The notes under the pieces were generated by a model that was not told the origin of the DNA, ran no database searches, and saw only the letters and a program-made list of their open reading frames with translations. A program made the translations under genes and the position numbers. A stretch of DNA of 64,000 bases from Neophaeotheca triangularis (taxonomy: Eukaryota). The DNA lies in assembly GCA_054600435.1 (NCBI GenBank), contig BAAIJX010000053.1, forward strand, positions 1-64,000. Direction: 5' to 3'. Positions 24,659 to 36,795 of this stretch are shown here, piece after piece. Position 1 is the stretch's first letter; the number at the start of each line of letters is the position of its first letter.

Positions 24659-26519
24659 TCAGGTTTTGTCGAGCTCATGAAAGCGCATATGAGCATGCAT
24701 CGCGAAGGAGGGTACGGACATTCCGCAGATGTGGCATCCACCAGTATCGGGAAACTCTCCGGAGTCGTCCCAACCGGCGTCTTCTTCGCCCTCCTCCTCT
24801 TGGAAGGTTTCGTGACCGGTACTAGTGTCTTCGCCGTCCCTTTCCTCTTCTCCTTTTTCGAAATTACTCACGATCGGTTCGTTATCAGTGACTCTAAAGT
24901 CCTTCAGCACCTTGTCCTGCCTCTTGAACATGCTACCAATGTCCCTCCCATTAGCCGTCTTGCTTTCCCCTGCTGTCTCTGCCATGTTTGTGACAGCCAA
25001 ATTGACAAGACTCAAGTTCCAGCCAGCCTTCTCAGGGTGTAGCTTTCGAAACATGCCGACGAGCGCTTCATCAACTAGCTTTTCGGCCAGCGCATCAACG
25101 CCCTCCGAAAGACCGAATACGAACATGGGCAATGAGGCGGAATGCGAGATACGTTTGAATGATCGAACACGAGTTCCATCCGGCTGTAGTGGCTGTCGAG
25201 GACGAGTCGTGAGACGCAGGGTCTTTGGGTGAGCAAGCCACTTCTGTCCGGGTTGTGACAAATCCTGTTCCATAGCATCATTACTGGACCCATTCTGATC
25301 CTCTTCATCTTCCTCTAGTAAGTCCGCCCTCATTCTTATGATCAAACTTCTGGCCAGAATATTGAGTTCCTTGAGTACTTCCAGCATGGTATCGAGTCTG
25401 ATGTAACTGTCCTCGATGCTGATTTGCCTGGGTACCGGCCTCGCTTGGCCTACTTCGGTATCGTCCACAGCATTGAGTAGACACCAGATCTTGTATCCGA
25501 TCCCATGGGGCGATCCAGGTCCGGCCAACAGCTTCTCGAGCATTTCATGATCCACGTTCGGATGCTTGCGTAAGTCTGCCACAGTGATGCGTTCTTTCGT
25601 GCCTCCGTATACTAAGCCCGTGTCAAACTCGGCGTGACGCTGTAGTGCAAACTCTCGTAGCTTCTGAGCAAGCTTGAAGCCAATACCGGGGACCTTGCCG
25701 ATCTCATGACTGTCCATAAAATTCTGAGCATAGTCCGAATCGTCGAGCTTGGGAGACATGAGCGTTGTCTGGCCTTTGGGCTTGTTGAGATTGCCCACTA
25801 GCTTAGAGAGCACCTTTGAAGTGGCTATGCCGACGGTAGAAGTATAGCCCATTCGCTGCTCGAGCTGATGTCGTATATACAATGCGAGGTGACCGCCCAA
25901 GCGCAGCCGAATAGCCTCTGGGTCTGCCAGAGTCGTTGAGTCTGACGTATACTCTTTCGGATAGGGATGCCCAGCGATGGCCGAGGCATCAAAAGAAAAG
26001 CCTTGAGTCGGGTCGTCCTTTACAGTTTGAAAGAAAGCGTTTTCCAGGTCGTTGTGGTTGAGCACTTCGACATTGTAGTTTACCATATCCGAAACATCTA
26101 GCCATACCTACCTCGTACATCAGCACTTACTCTGTACCACTCGCTGTCCCTCCGTCCGTCTCCTTATCCGGACATACCTCATCGAACCCCAACCTCTCAA
26201 CCTTTCCACTCCAGCTGAACCCGGCTAAGAACCGATACAACTCTTTACTGGCATCTCTGAACCGACTGATATCCTCTCCCAGTTCAATGATTACGTCCGG
26301 ACAGACTCGCTTTGCTTCCCGTACCAATTGCAGCTTGTGTAGACCCCGTCTCCTTGCCTCATAGTTGCAGGTCACGATGATCTGTTTCTGTTGCACAGCA
26401 AACGGAAGGGATTTGAGGGCTGGGTTCTTGGCTTCAAAGACGGAAGCGTAGAAGCAGTCGTAATCGAAGTGTATGATAGTGCGATGAGTCTTGCGTTTCG
26501 GAAGAGTGTCGAGACTCAT
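24659..26519 (-). CDS. Y-family translesion DNA polymerase, Pol iota-like; exons 26519-26178, 26107-24659
   Basis: IIHFDYDCFYASV, VTCNYEARRRG, RLGFDEVWLDV (DE catalytic motif at intron 26108-26177), STVGIATSKVLSKLVG..KPKGQ, HhH VPGIG, and C-terminal CHICG..HAHMRFH (UBZ-like). Confidence 0.9.
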
Positions 26520-26640
26520 ACTGACTACATCTTACGACTTTCAGCTCTGTTTACCCAAGATCGATATCAATGCCAATGCATTCGCGTACGAGCTACGAAG
26601 ATGGGATGAAGTCGAGTTTCGGCGCTAGACCCGAAGCGGG

Positions 26641-26668
26641 TGCCTTTTGGCTTAGATCAAGTGCAGCA
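26641..26668 (+). other. U2 snRNA-like segment (stem I plus branch-point recognition region, with GUAGUA changed to GCAGCA); antisense to U2 on the minus strand
   Basis: TGCCTTTTGGCTTAGATCAAGTG is identical to fungal U2 nt ~12-34 as recalled, followed by CAGCA instead of TAGTA. No stem IIa or Sm site follows. Confidence 0.75.
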
Positions 26669-27301
26669 AACAGCCCGGCACTAGCGTCGTATGCTGTCGG
26701 CGAATGAAAGCATCCAAGGTTATATCACAAGTACGTGAAAGGGGCAAATTGGTCAAAATCAACGGCAAAATGTTAAAAACCAAATATGTTCATTAAAAGC
26801 TGCGACGTTCTCGACTCGTTCCTTTCGCATCGTGGCTAATACAGCACGTTCTGACATGTATACACAAGCTCCGCGATAGGAAGTCTCACAGCGCAAGGCA
26901 TGCCTTGAATGAGCGGTGTCGAGTATGGTGCCCGTAGTCAAATGGTTGCGTTGATGGCTCTCACATCTCTGCCACTTCGTTCAACGAAGTAGCGGACCCC
27001 TGCCCTTGTGCCTGAAAATGGTGCGTTTCATAACCCGTGCGGTTCATTTGCGGCGATGTCTGAATGTTCGCTGTCATCTCCGGTGGGAAGCGGTGGCGGC
27101 GAACACCTCTTTGCAGGCTTGGGCTTGGTCCCGAAATCCACTCGCATTACTTTCGTACAATTGTCACAATGCCACCACCAGCGTTGCGGGGTTAAACGGC
27201 GTCTAGACATTGCGTGCTCAACATCGTACCATGTGCGGTTTTCCACGCGAGGCTCTCCAGTATGCGGCGTGCACTCTGAGGTGGCTCTGCATCCCTCGTT
27301 T

Positions 27302-27829
27302 TCACCCTTCTTTCCTGATGACGCCAGCAGCAGATCGATCGCCTTCATCTCCGGCAGCTAGCTTCAGATCCCGCTCATCTTGTGTGCTTTGCGCGGCAGC
27401 TGCTCCTTCTCCATCAGCACCTTCTTCCTTCTGAGCAGCCGCCTGCCTATGTCTCCTAGGTGAATACTTCCCAGGCCCCCAAATCGCCTCCCTAATCCCC
27501 CAAGCAAAGCCCGCACGATCAACTTCTCGTCCCGCCTCTTTGATGTCGTCGAAAATTGCAGTACTGATCTGCGAGTCCTGCTGTTGCTGTCGTTTCGCCT
27601 TCTCCTCCTCGTTGATATGTTGGTTCGCGAATTCGGGGCTACGACCTGCGCGAGCTTCTGCCTCCTCTTTAAGCGCTGGTTGGAAGGCTGCGAAGGCTGG
27701 GAGGCGACAAAAATGAAGAGTATTAGCTGTGGTGGTCTCGCGAGCTATAATGGGGAGTGGATGCCTACCCGTTGCAATACCCGCGGCTGTTGCGAGTGCT
27801 ATGCCTCCCAGAGGACCGTAACGTGACAT
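27302..27829 (-). CDS. Small protein with an N-terminal hydrophobic anchor; probable in-frame intron 27697-27768
   Basis: MSRYGPLGGIALATAAGIAT|AFAAFQPALKEE after removing a 72-nt GTAGGC..GCTAAT..CAG intron; divergent from the GatC-like gene. Confidence 0.65.
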   Translation of the reverse strand: MSRYGPLGGIALATAAGIATGRHPLPIIARETTTANTLHFCRLPAFAAFQPALKEEAEARAGRSPEFANQHINEEEKAKRQQQQDSQISTAIFDDIKEAGREVDRAGFAWGIREAIWGPGKYSPRRHRQAAAQKEEGADGEGAAAAQSTQDERDLKLAAGDEGDRSAAGVIRKEG

Positions 27830-28045
27830 GAGCTGCTTGAGTGATTACTTAATTGGTACAGGGCTCTCTTGTACATTCGAATGACTGGCCACCTAGGTGC
27901 TATTTTGTGTCTGTTCTGTGTTCTCGATATGGTGATGTCGTTCACATGTGAGACCGTGCACAAAGCTTGCCGAATCCGAGAGCTTTGAAGCTTCACCTCA
28001 CGTCCAAGTCGGGAAGGGACATCGACTACAATAATCGAGACGAAT

Positions 28046-28636
28046 ATGTACGGACGAACACTCCAAAGGGTGGCCGTCGGTGCACAACGACAACTGTTGC
28101 TCAATGGCTGGACACGAAATTGCGCTACTTCAACAACAGCAACGACACAATCATCGGAGCCAAAGATTGATCCTGAAGCCTTGCTCTCCCGGCAAACGTG
28201 GTCCGTAGCCTCATTAATCCCCTCAGCCACGATGAACGATTCTACGCAGACCCAAGAAGTTACGCCAAAGCAACTCCATCACTTACTTCGCCTTTCCGCT
28301 CTTCCTCCCCCGAGCTCCGAACAAGAAGAGCAACAAATGCTCGCGACGCTCTCCTCGCAACTGCATTTCGTTAGAAGCATACAGGAAGTCGATACGACCG
28401 ATGTGCAGCCTTTGCGGAGCTTACGAGATGAAACGAAGCAGGGAGAGCGCGAGACGGAGCTGGGGCTTGATGCACTGAGGGAGGCTTTGGGCAAGGAAGA
28501 GGTCCGGGGAAAGTATCACAAGCGAATTAGAAGAATAAGAGGTAGCAACGGGGAGCATGAGCAGTGGGATGTGCTCGGTGGGGCGGAGAAGAAAGTAGGG
28601 AGATCCTTCGTCGTAGATGGGGGCAAGACGAAGTGA
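28046..28636 (+). CDS. Mitochondrial glutamyl-tRNA(Gln) amidotransferase small subunit (GatC/GatF-like)
   Basis: Presequence-like N-terminus; QLHHLLRLSALPPP and QLHFVRSIQEVDTTDVQPLRSLRDE resemble the GatC family. Confidence 0.75.
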   Translation: MYGRTLQRVAVGAQRQLLLNGWTRNCATSTTATTQSSEPKIDPEALLSRQTWSVASLIPSATMNDSTQTQEVTPKQLHHLLRLSALPPPSSEQEEQQMLATLSSQLHFVRSIQEVDTTDVQPLRSLRDETKQGERETELGLDALREALGKEEVRGKYHKRIRRIRGSNGEHEQWDVLGGAEKKVGRSFVVDGGKTK

Positions 28637-30225
28637 AGCTATGGGCAGGCTCTGCAGTCCATGGGAAGGGCATGCAGTGCAGTCGTCTTTTGATGAAGCT
28701 GCAGACTTGGACTGCCCAGAACCCAGGGCGCTGAGCTTCCAAGTCCGGAAAGCTCCACACGCATGGCGCAGTAGCCTGACACTTGCAAGCCACCGTTGTT
28801 TGGATCGCCTACCTACTATCAGGAAGCACGTCTTTGGTAATCTGTCGGCACGGCCGCCTTTCTTTCACTTGACGACTGTATCTGAATTATCAATTGAGAC
28901 GCATGAACTGCAGACCCCAGAAAAGGCACTTTTCAGCCTTGATCAACGATTATAGCGCCCCTTATCAACCCGACAGGTCTTAGTCTGAGGCCAGTCCATT
29001 CGTGACACTGATGAACCTCCAAGACTTTCCTCCTCGCGGCTCAGACTTGCGCCCGATCAGCCTTCTTGCCTCCTGGCTTTGGAGTTGCGAAAGCCGTGGG
29101 TGTGCGGTTGGACTTGGCCATTTCTTGATCTGGTGGAAACTCGACCTGCAGCCCCGGACCACCGTTGTGGCTCTACGTTCGTTCCCTCACGCACGTCCCC
29201 AACACTCCCCCGCTGTCAGTGACACTGCATGCGCAATCACGGTGTACCTGACCGCCGCAGAAGATTGAAAACCGCCGAGCCTTCAACGGCAACCATTTCG
29301 GCAGAGGATCTCAAAGGAAACTTGAGCGTATGTGATCGTTTTTCACGATGTCGTTGCAAGGCGCACTTAGACGTTGTAAGAGACGGTATTAGGGTTGCGC
29401 AACAGCATTGGTAGCCAACAACACTTGCCTAGGGTCCTGCTTCAAGGAAGGCTGCTCGCTCGGCTCGCGTGCCCACCGGCCTGCGAGCGTCATACGCTAC
29501 GGCTCCTGTATGTTTCTCAGAGACAGAAGGCTAGGCTTCTTGGCTTGTATCGACGCCGGGAGCATACTGGCTCTGGAGAGATGCCTTCGCCGCACTGCTC
29601 TCGGTGACCAAGGCCAGTCCCACTATGACTGTAGAGGTGCCTACGTGGCAAGGGACGGCAGTAGCGGGAAGGATGCCTCTTGTGACGCAACATGGGCGAA
29701 GCTATGAATGGGGCCGCGAATCTTGGAGATTGTAGCTGAGGATTAGCCTGCTTTCCCCAGTCTCCGAACGACGCACAGAGTTTCTTGTCGACTTTGAATG
29801 TTACTTCAATCTTCCAGAGCAAACAGAGCCAGGAACTGGTGCACCAAAATAATGTGGCTGCGCTGGCACAGCAGTCGAATAGAGAATAGAGATCGATAGC
29901 AATGCTTGTGCGGTTTCAATAGTACGGTCATTTTCAACCTAGAAACCGCTCTGCTGGAGATGGGCCAACGCAAGCCGCTGGAGCAATTCGGAAGAGCTCA
30001 AGATCCGCGCCCATTCGAAGCCAGGTGTTTCGCTCGGGAAGCGTCCCTGATTGGCAAGGAATATGGTAGCATTGCGCAACGTTGTCTTCAGAATGATTTT
30101 GGCACTGGCGACGACCAGAACACAGCCGAGCTACAGAGTCCAGTGTAGGGAGACGTGATATAAGGTTTGGAAGAGATACTCGCTGGCTTTGATATCTGAA
30201 GGGAAGTCGTCAAGAATGGCTCGAT

Positions 30226-31696
30226 TCATGCTGCGGCTTGCAGCGTAGATTTCGGCGCAAGGTCCTCGGCCTTTACACGACCAAGTCCTTCTTTGCCGTA
30301 ATAGTCCATGGGATAAATCGCCCCGCCGCCCTGCTTGGCCTCCTCGGCGATCGCTCTCGCAGACGAAGGTGTCTCAGTCGCTTGCTTACCCTCCCAGCCT
30401 TCGCGACCACCAAGAACGACCAAGGCCTCGTACGGTGTCAACAACGGTCTGGGAAAAGCGTAACCCCAGTCGATGCTTAGTCTCGGGCATGCGACTTGCA
30501 CCCAGCACTCGACATCGCCCATCATGGCAAGCTTTCCGGGGAACACTTCACTCAACAGCAAGTTCACCCAGGTGATGCCCTTTTCCCGCAAATGGTTTTC
30601 GATCATGGTCATGGTGTGGGGGTTGCCTTGTCTACCTAGGCTACCGAGGATGAGGCCCCATTTCTTGGCTTTGCGGGCTTGGGTGAGGGCGTTGCTGCGG
30701 TCTGAAAGGAGCTGAGAGTGGTCGTAGGTTTCTCTCGTTAGGCGTCTGGTGTACGGGTCGTAGCGATATGCCGGGATCGAGGGGTTGTGTATCATGGCAG
30801 ATTCGAGGTGGAACCGTCCATCTCCTAGGTAGAGAATGCAGTCCACATTTTGCTCTTTGGTCAGATGAGGTGACGTGCAGCCTAAAATCTCGCCCTTACT
30901 CAATGGCGCTATCTGAGGAATCAGGATGTTGTAACCAGCGTCTCTCAGCTGAGGTGCTGTACCGTGTAACGTAGCGTTGAACTGGATCGTGCCAACCATA
31001 GCGATAGTACTTCCTGGCTTGAAGTTCTGCTCAATTGTAGCAAGCAAATGGGGCACGTCAATGCTGATATCGACGAAGACGTACAGCGTCTGAATCTTCG
31101 TGATGTTGACTGGTATAAGGCAGCTGTGTGCGTAGTGAACGAGCATGTCACAGCCCAGCGCTCGTGCTGTGTAGTCGTCGATACAACACGCGCCATACGT
31201 CACGTCTCCCATAATCAAGGTAGAGATACCCGGGCAAAACTGGGTCAGTATGTCCGAGATGGTAGTGGCAAACAATAGCAATCCTTCCGGCATCTGGAGT
31301 GCAATTTTTTTGGCCCCAGAGGTCCTGATCCGGTGAATGGTTTTGTGAAGCTCGAAGTGGTAGTTGCGTGGCAACAGAGCGATAGCATCGTTGATGTCTT
31401 TGTCGTTGAGAATCTCCTCAGGCACGTTGTTGAGTGCTCGAGGTGCTCTACGACGAGGAGCAGCTGTTCCAAATCAGTATAAACGTTCAACAGCGAGAGC
31501 AGGCTGTCGTCTCACCTTGGATAGCTCCACTGTCCTCTATCGTTCCATTCTCTTGGGCTTTGGCCGCTGCCTTGGCGTCTGCCGCTCGACGTCCGATGAA
31601 GCGTCGTTTGGGTGCTTTCTTTGCGGCATCGTCCTCCCCATTGAGCTCTGCTGAGACATCCGGTCCAAGGTCTGCGATGGCGCGGTCTTCTTCCAT
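30226..31696 (-). CDS. DPH1: Diphthamide biosynthesis protein Dph1; exons 31696-31516, 31463-30226
   Basis: [46 protein letters not shown] and [13 protein letters not shown]. Confidence 0.96.
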
Positions 31697-32353
31697 TATG
31701 AAGGACACACTGATACTGCCACTGTCTCTCTTATCTCGTGAACGTCAGCCACCAAAACATCCACGACGTCGCCTCGGAAGTACAGCAGTGGCGGAGGGTT
31801 TGTCTTGTACCTCTCAACACTTTTGATCGATCGACAGGAAAGATAGCAGTGACTCAGAGACAAAGAGCGAGTCGATATATTCGAACTCTTGATGCCTCAG
31901 TAAGTGGTCAAGAAATCTTTACTAGCGTGAAGATGAGTCCGAAAGCGGAAGTTAGAGCCGAAATATGCGCCACCTCACCTCGTCGAGGCACCTCACTCAT
32001 CAATCATCTGCCATCCTCCCGTGCTGACCATCACTGACACTTTTCTTTCAGAACAAAACACAATCTGCACGCCCGTACAATACACTGTACACTTGGTGTC
32101 TTACTGCGGAATGCCACTTTGCGCATTCTGTGCTGTATCGCCTGTTTCCGTTGTCGACACCTCGGACGTTTGCCAAAATAGAGCCACTCAATGACGGCAT
32201 AGAGAGGCCTCGTGAGCTCCCGGCATCTGTGGTTCATCGTAAGGTACCGGACTTTCTTTCTGTTATTTCTTACCCTTTCTACATTCTTCATTCGTCTTCA
32301 TTGCTTCTGCTATAATCCGCATAGACTCTCTTGCTTCCTAGCGCAGCGCAAAC

Positions 32354-33860
32354 ATGGCCTGGCCGAACCCCTTCCGGCGCGAAACCCCCAACACTAGACA
32401 GTGAGTGACTTTCACATGCTCAGAGCCGGTCGGTTGGACACTGACACCGTCCAAGTTGCTGGGGCTACACGTTCGAACTCACGGACAAACACTTGACGCG
32501 CGAGCAATGCGAACCGCTCAAACACTCATACGACGTCCTGGGCGAACAGGTACTCAACCATCTCAACGAGATATCGCCACCTCCGCGCAAAGACCTGCCT
32601 CGCAATAACAGCAAGTTCACCGAAGCTGTACCGGAAGAATTACATACCAAGAACGATGAGAACAACGCGCCGAAGCCTCCTCCGAGGGATTTATACCGCA
32701 TACTCTGCGATCACAGAGAGGAAGACGAGCTGCTACAAAGATTTTGGACAGAAGTTACAGCCGTACCGGATTGGGTAGATTGGGATCAGTTATCACGAGG
32801 CCAGGATGTCTTCTATCGGTACGGTGGCGCTGCGTTGACGGGTTTAGCATATCAGAGTTTGCTAGGTGGTATGGGTGCTGCGAGAGTGGTAGAAACCCTT
32901 GCCAGGACAGGCGGGTTCTCAACCAAAGTGGCAAGAGGAAGATTATTCGAAACAACACAGCACATCTTGCAGTGCACCAAATCTCTGGAGAGCATACAGC
33001 CAGGCGGCGACGGCTTCGCATCAACAATACGAGTACGGTTACTCCATGCTGCGGTGCGACAAAGGATCCTCAAGCTCGAAGCACAACGACCTGGCTACTA
33101 CAACGTCAAAGAGTGGGGCATACCGATCAACGACCTCGACTCAATAGCGACCATCGGAACCTTCTCCGCAACCCTCATCTGGCTCTCCCTCCCACGACAA
33201 GGCCTCTTCATGCGCGAGCAAGAGAAAGTCGACTACATAGCCCTGTGGCGCTACATCGCCTACCTGATCGGATGCCCGCAAGACCCCTACTTCACAACAC
33301 CCAAAAACGCCAAAACCATCATGGAAGTGCTCCTCTACTACGAAGTCCAACCCAGCGAAACGGGCAAAATCCTCGCAAACAATATCATCAAATCCCTCGA
33401 AGGACAACCCCCCGGCTACACATCCGCAGACTTCCTCGTAGCCTCCGCGCGGTGGCTCAATGGTCCGGAGCTCTCCGACGCCTTGGGTCTCCCCATGCCC
33501 TCACCCTACTACTTCTGCCTTATGGCGGGGCAGTGCATGTTCTTCTGCTTCTGGATCTACACGTACCGCAGCGTGCCCAGCTGGGACCGCAAGAAGATCG
33601 AGCTGCTCAAAAAGGTCTTTTACAATATCATCGTGCACACCAAGTATGGGCTCAAGGGTGAGGAGAGTCGATTTGAGTTCAAGTATGTGCCGGAGTACGA
33701 GACTATTACTGCTATGGGTGAGTGTGAGGAGGAGAAGGCGGACTATAGCGCTGTCGAGACGAGGAATTTGAAGACTTTTGTGGTGGGGCTGGGTATTCTT
33801 GGCGTCGGGTGTTATGTTGGTGTGCACGTTGTCAAGGGGCTTTGGGGGTTGGTGTTTTGA
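32354..33860 (+). CDS. ER-bound oxygenase MpaB / DUF2236 (rubber-oxygenase-like) family protein; exons 32354-32400, 32456-33860
   Basis: WGYTFELTDKHL, VPDWVDWDQLSRGQDVFYRY, RLFET, VRLLHAAVR (heme His), WGIPINDLD, ALWRYIAYLIG and a C-terminal TM helix. Confidence 0.85.
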
Positions 33861-34292
33861 TTAATGCGAGTCTAGCTTGATGGCGCTGCGTTGGTAACAC
33901 GGAGTTTTGGGCGCTGCATTGCAAGGGACATACCCATAGAGTGTAAGTAGTCATGGAACTATTATTTGAAGTTTAAGATCAATTCCGATCGCCACGTCAC
34001 GATTCCGCGCTCTCTTCCACGTCCCCAATAACGTCGGACCACAACATCCCCAAGCACCAGTACGCGTTCGAAGTCCTACGCCCCAAATCGATTCAAGTCC
34101 TAAAAGCTCCATGCGAGTAAATCTATTTCGACAAAACCCTTTCGAGAAAATGCTTCCGAGACCCAATCCGGCTCAGCCACGCCAGCCCTCTATGGTCTGC
34201 CTAGATATAAGTGCCCGCGTCCCCGAAACACTACTTCTTAGGATCACACCTCCAGAGCACTTCCACACAACCCAAACACGCCATAACATGCT

Positions 34293-36167
34293 CTAACACG
34301 AAACATTCCCCACCACCGGCCCCCTGAAATCCAACCACCCATGCTTGTCCTCCTGACAATGATACGAAGTGGCCAACTCCGGATCGCCTCGACCATCATA
34401 CATCGAAACCTCTGGATACGGGCACAAATTCTGAAACCGCTTGTTCTCCCCATCAACCGGGTAATCCGAGCTAGCGTTGAGGGGGTATTGCGACCTTTTC
34501 ACCAAAGCAAAAATCAGCAATTTCCTCAGACCAAGCAGAGAACAGCGGCGACTCACCCGGCCTCCAAAACCTCCGGCGCGGTACCCTCTTCCACCCACGC
34601 CCTAAGAGCGCCAATGCCATCCACTGGCAGCACTCCCGTCCCACCGCCACAATGCCCGACCCCCGGTGAATAGAACTGCCGGTAGAAATCCGCGACGTTC
34701 GGATCCAACGCCCGTACTTTTCGATAGTACAGCATAGTCCCTTGCGGCATGATGAGATTATCTGCCAAACCCTGCCACGTCAACATCTTGCCTCCGCGGT
34801 GTTTGAAAGCGGCTAGATCCGGGCTTGCGGTGCCCATGGTGGAGTCGTATTCGAGGTGGCTTTGGAGGAAGAGGGTGTCGTAGTCGGCGTAGGTGAGGTG
34901 AGAGGTGTTGAAGTCCAAGTTTTTGGCTAAAAAGGCGCGGAACCAGGAGTCACTAGCGGGGAAAGGAACGGGGCGGGCGGTGCGGTGGTGGCGGGGTACG
35001 GAGGTGTTGGCGAGGTCGGTGAGGTTCGTGCCCCGGGTTGGGCCGTACCAGAGGAAATCGCCCGAGGTCGTTCGAGGGCCGGTCCATATTTTGTGGATGA
35101 TTTCTGCTGTGCGGGCGTTAAAGGTGTGAGTTGGGCCATCGGGGTGGCAGGTGTAGGGCTCGCCGACGAGGCTATGGGCGCTGAAATTGCAGAGACCGGG
35201 GGCGGAGATTAGACCGTCGACTAGGCCGTCGAGGGGGTCGCAGGCTTTAATGGCTGCGGTTCGGATTCTGTCGAATTCGCATGCTCCTGGAGCGTAGTCT
35301 TCGTTGTTCATCACTGTGAAGGGCCATTGTTGGGCGCTAAATTGCATCAGCTAAGTGTACACAGTAGCAGTGGACGACACTCACGGCGTAAAATCATTCC
35401 ACTGAATAGCAGGCGCGTCCGCAAGAATACCATCATAGTCCTCCGGATACCGTTGCGCCGACACCATACCTTGCCGTCCACCAGTCGAGCAGCCATTCCA
35501 ATAAGAGAACTTCGGCTTCCGACCGTAAAAACTCTCCATAACCTGCTTGCTCAAGACATTCATATCATGATACGACCGATACGCCTACAATGCCGATCGT
35601 CGGTCAGCCACCTTCAACAAAAATCCCACACGATCCTAGCCAAACCAAACCAAAAAGAATCAGGGGGGGATAAAAACCACCTACAAAGTCCAGCAACCGA
35701 TACTGCTCCACATTCCCCTTGGACCTCAAAGCCCAGTACGCAGCATCATCGGCCAAGCGCTGCGCAGAAGCATGACCCGCATCCGTCGACGAGCACGCAT
35801 AGCCCTCGGCAGCAATGGGCACCAGGCTGCCGAACGAACCCGCCGAGTACCCGCCGCCGCCAACGCCCTGATACCGCTCATTCCAGTCATCCTCAACGGG
35901 CATCAGAATGCGATTGTGCACGCGGTCGCCCGTGCCCGGGTGGGTGAGAGTGACGTTGACGCTGCAGAGCTCCCTGGCCGTCTTGGTGCCATAGCTGGTG
36001 AGGCGGCGGGCTTGGATGTGGGTGACTTTGGCGCCGGGGATTGCGAGTTTGCCAATGGCGTGGCGGGAGCATCTGTGGTTGTGCTTGTGGTTGCGTGCTT
36101 GCGTGAGTGTTGCGAGGTTCGCGCTCAAGCTCAGGAAAGTGAGAGTGAGCGTGGAGATGTGGATCAT
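34293..36167 (-). CDS. Secreted tannase/feruloyl esterase; exons 36167-35685, 35584-35385, 35336-34557, 34494-34293
   Basis: Signal peptide, WNERYQGVGGGG, STDAGH, GCSTGG nucleophile, GLADNLI, GVGHC and LCPYP; three in-phase introns. Confidence 0.92.
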
Positions 36168-36795
36168 GGTTTGGCGATTGTCAGAGGGAGAGCGGCGGCA
36201 TGTTACGATCAAACCTTTATGCGGATTAAACAACTATATAGGTTTGGACTGCGTGGTTGCGCGGCTCGATGGGAGGATGGGGCGAATGGCTACGCGGCCC
36301 CGCCGTAATCGGAATACTATCAGGCTCCTCATGAAATTGGTCTTATTCCTCTTGAGATTTTGCTGTGAGACGATGCTGGTGTCTGGAGCTTTGGAGCGGG
36401 TGCCGGCATGATTGAGTTGAGGCATTTGGATTCTGCAGAGACGGCTCCCAGTCCCAAGCTTCGAGCACGGAGCGTTTCTGAAGCTTATCTTGAGAGCTTA
36501 TCTGCCCACAGAGCAGTCTACCATAGCATCATAAATCGGTGGAGCGTGAGCGTTAGCCCTTCGAATAAAAGGACGGAAAATCAACTACCATGAGTGTGAT
36601 GGTAGGGGACATTTTGAATATCATCCCCACTACCACATCAATGCCCTAAACCACTTAACCTTGGGGTATCACGTATTGTACAAAGAGAACATATGCCAAC
36701 CTCGTCAATAACCGCAGCGAGCGAATCGAAGACCGCTAGCCAAGACACGACTTGGGAAGACCCGTAGCCGCGAACTCGAAAATTGCAGCCTTCCG

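Noticed and set aside
26641..26800. Complete or intron-split U2 snRNA gene
   Set aside because: No stem IIa, Sm site or downstream exon resuming TAGTATCTG was seen nearby; kept only as a U2-like segment.
27028..27348. 106-aa minus-strand ORF with CxxC overlapping the end of the 27302-27829 gene
   Set aside because: Overlaps the neighbouring CDS and its 3' UTR; no other support.
28700..30200. Cluster of 60-110 aa ORFs
   Set aside because: No evident codon bias, splice chain or motif; treated as intergenic.
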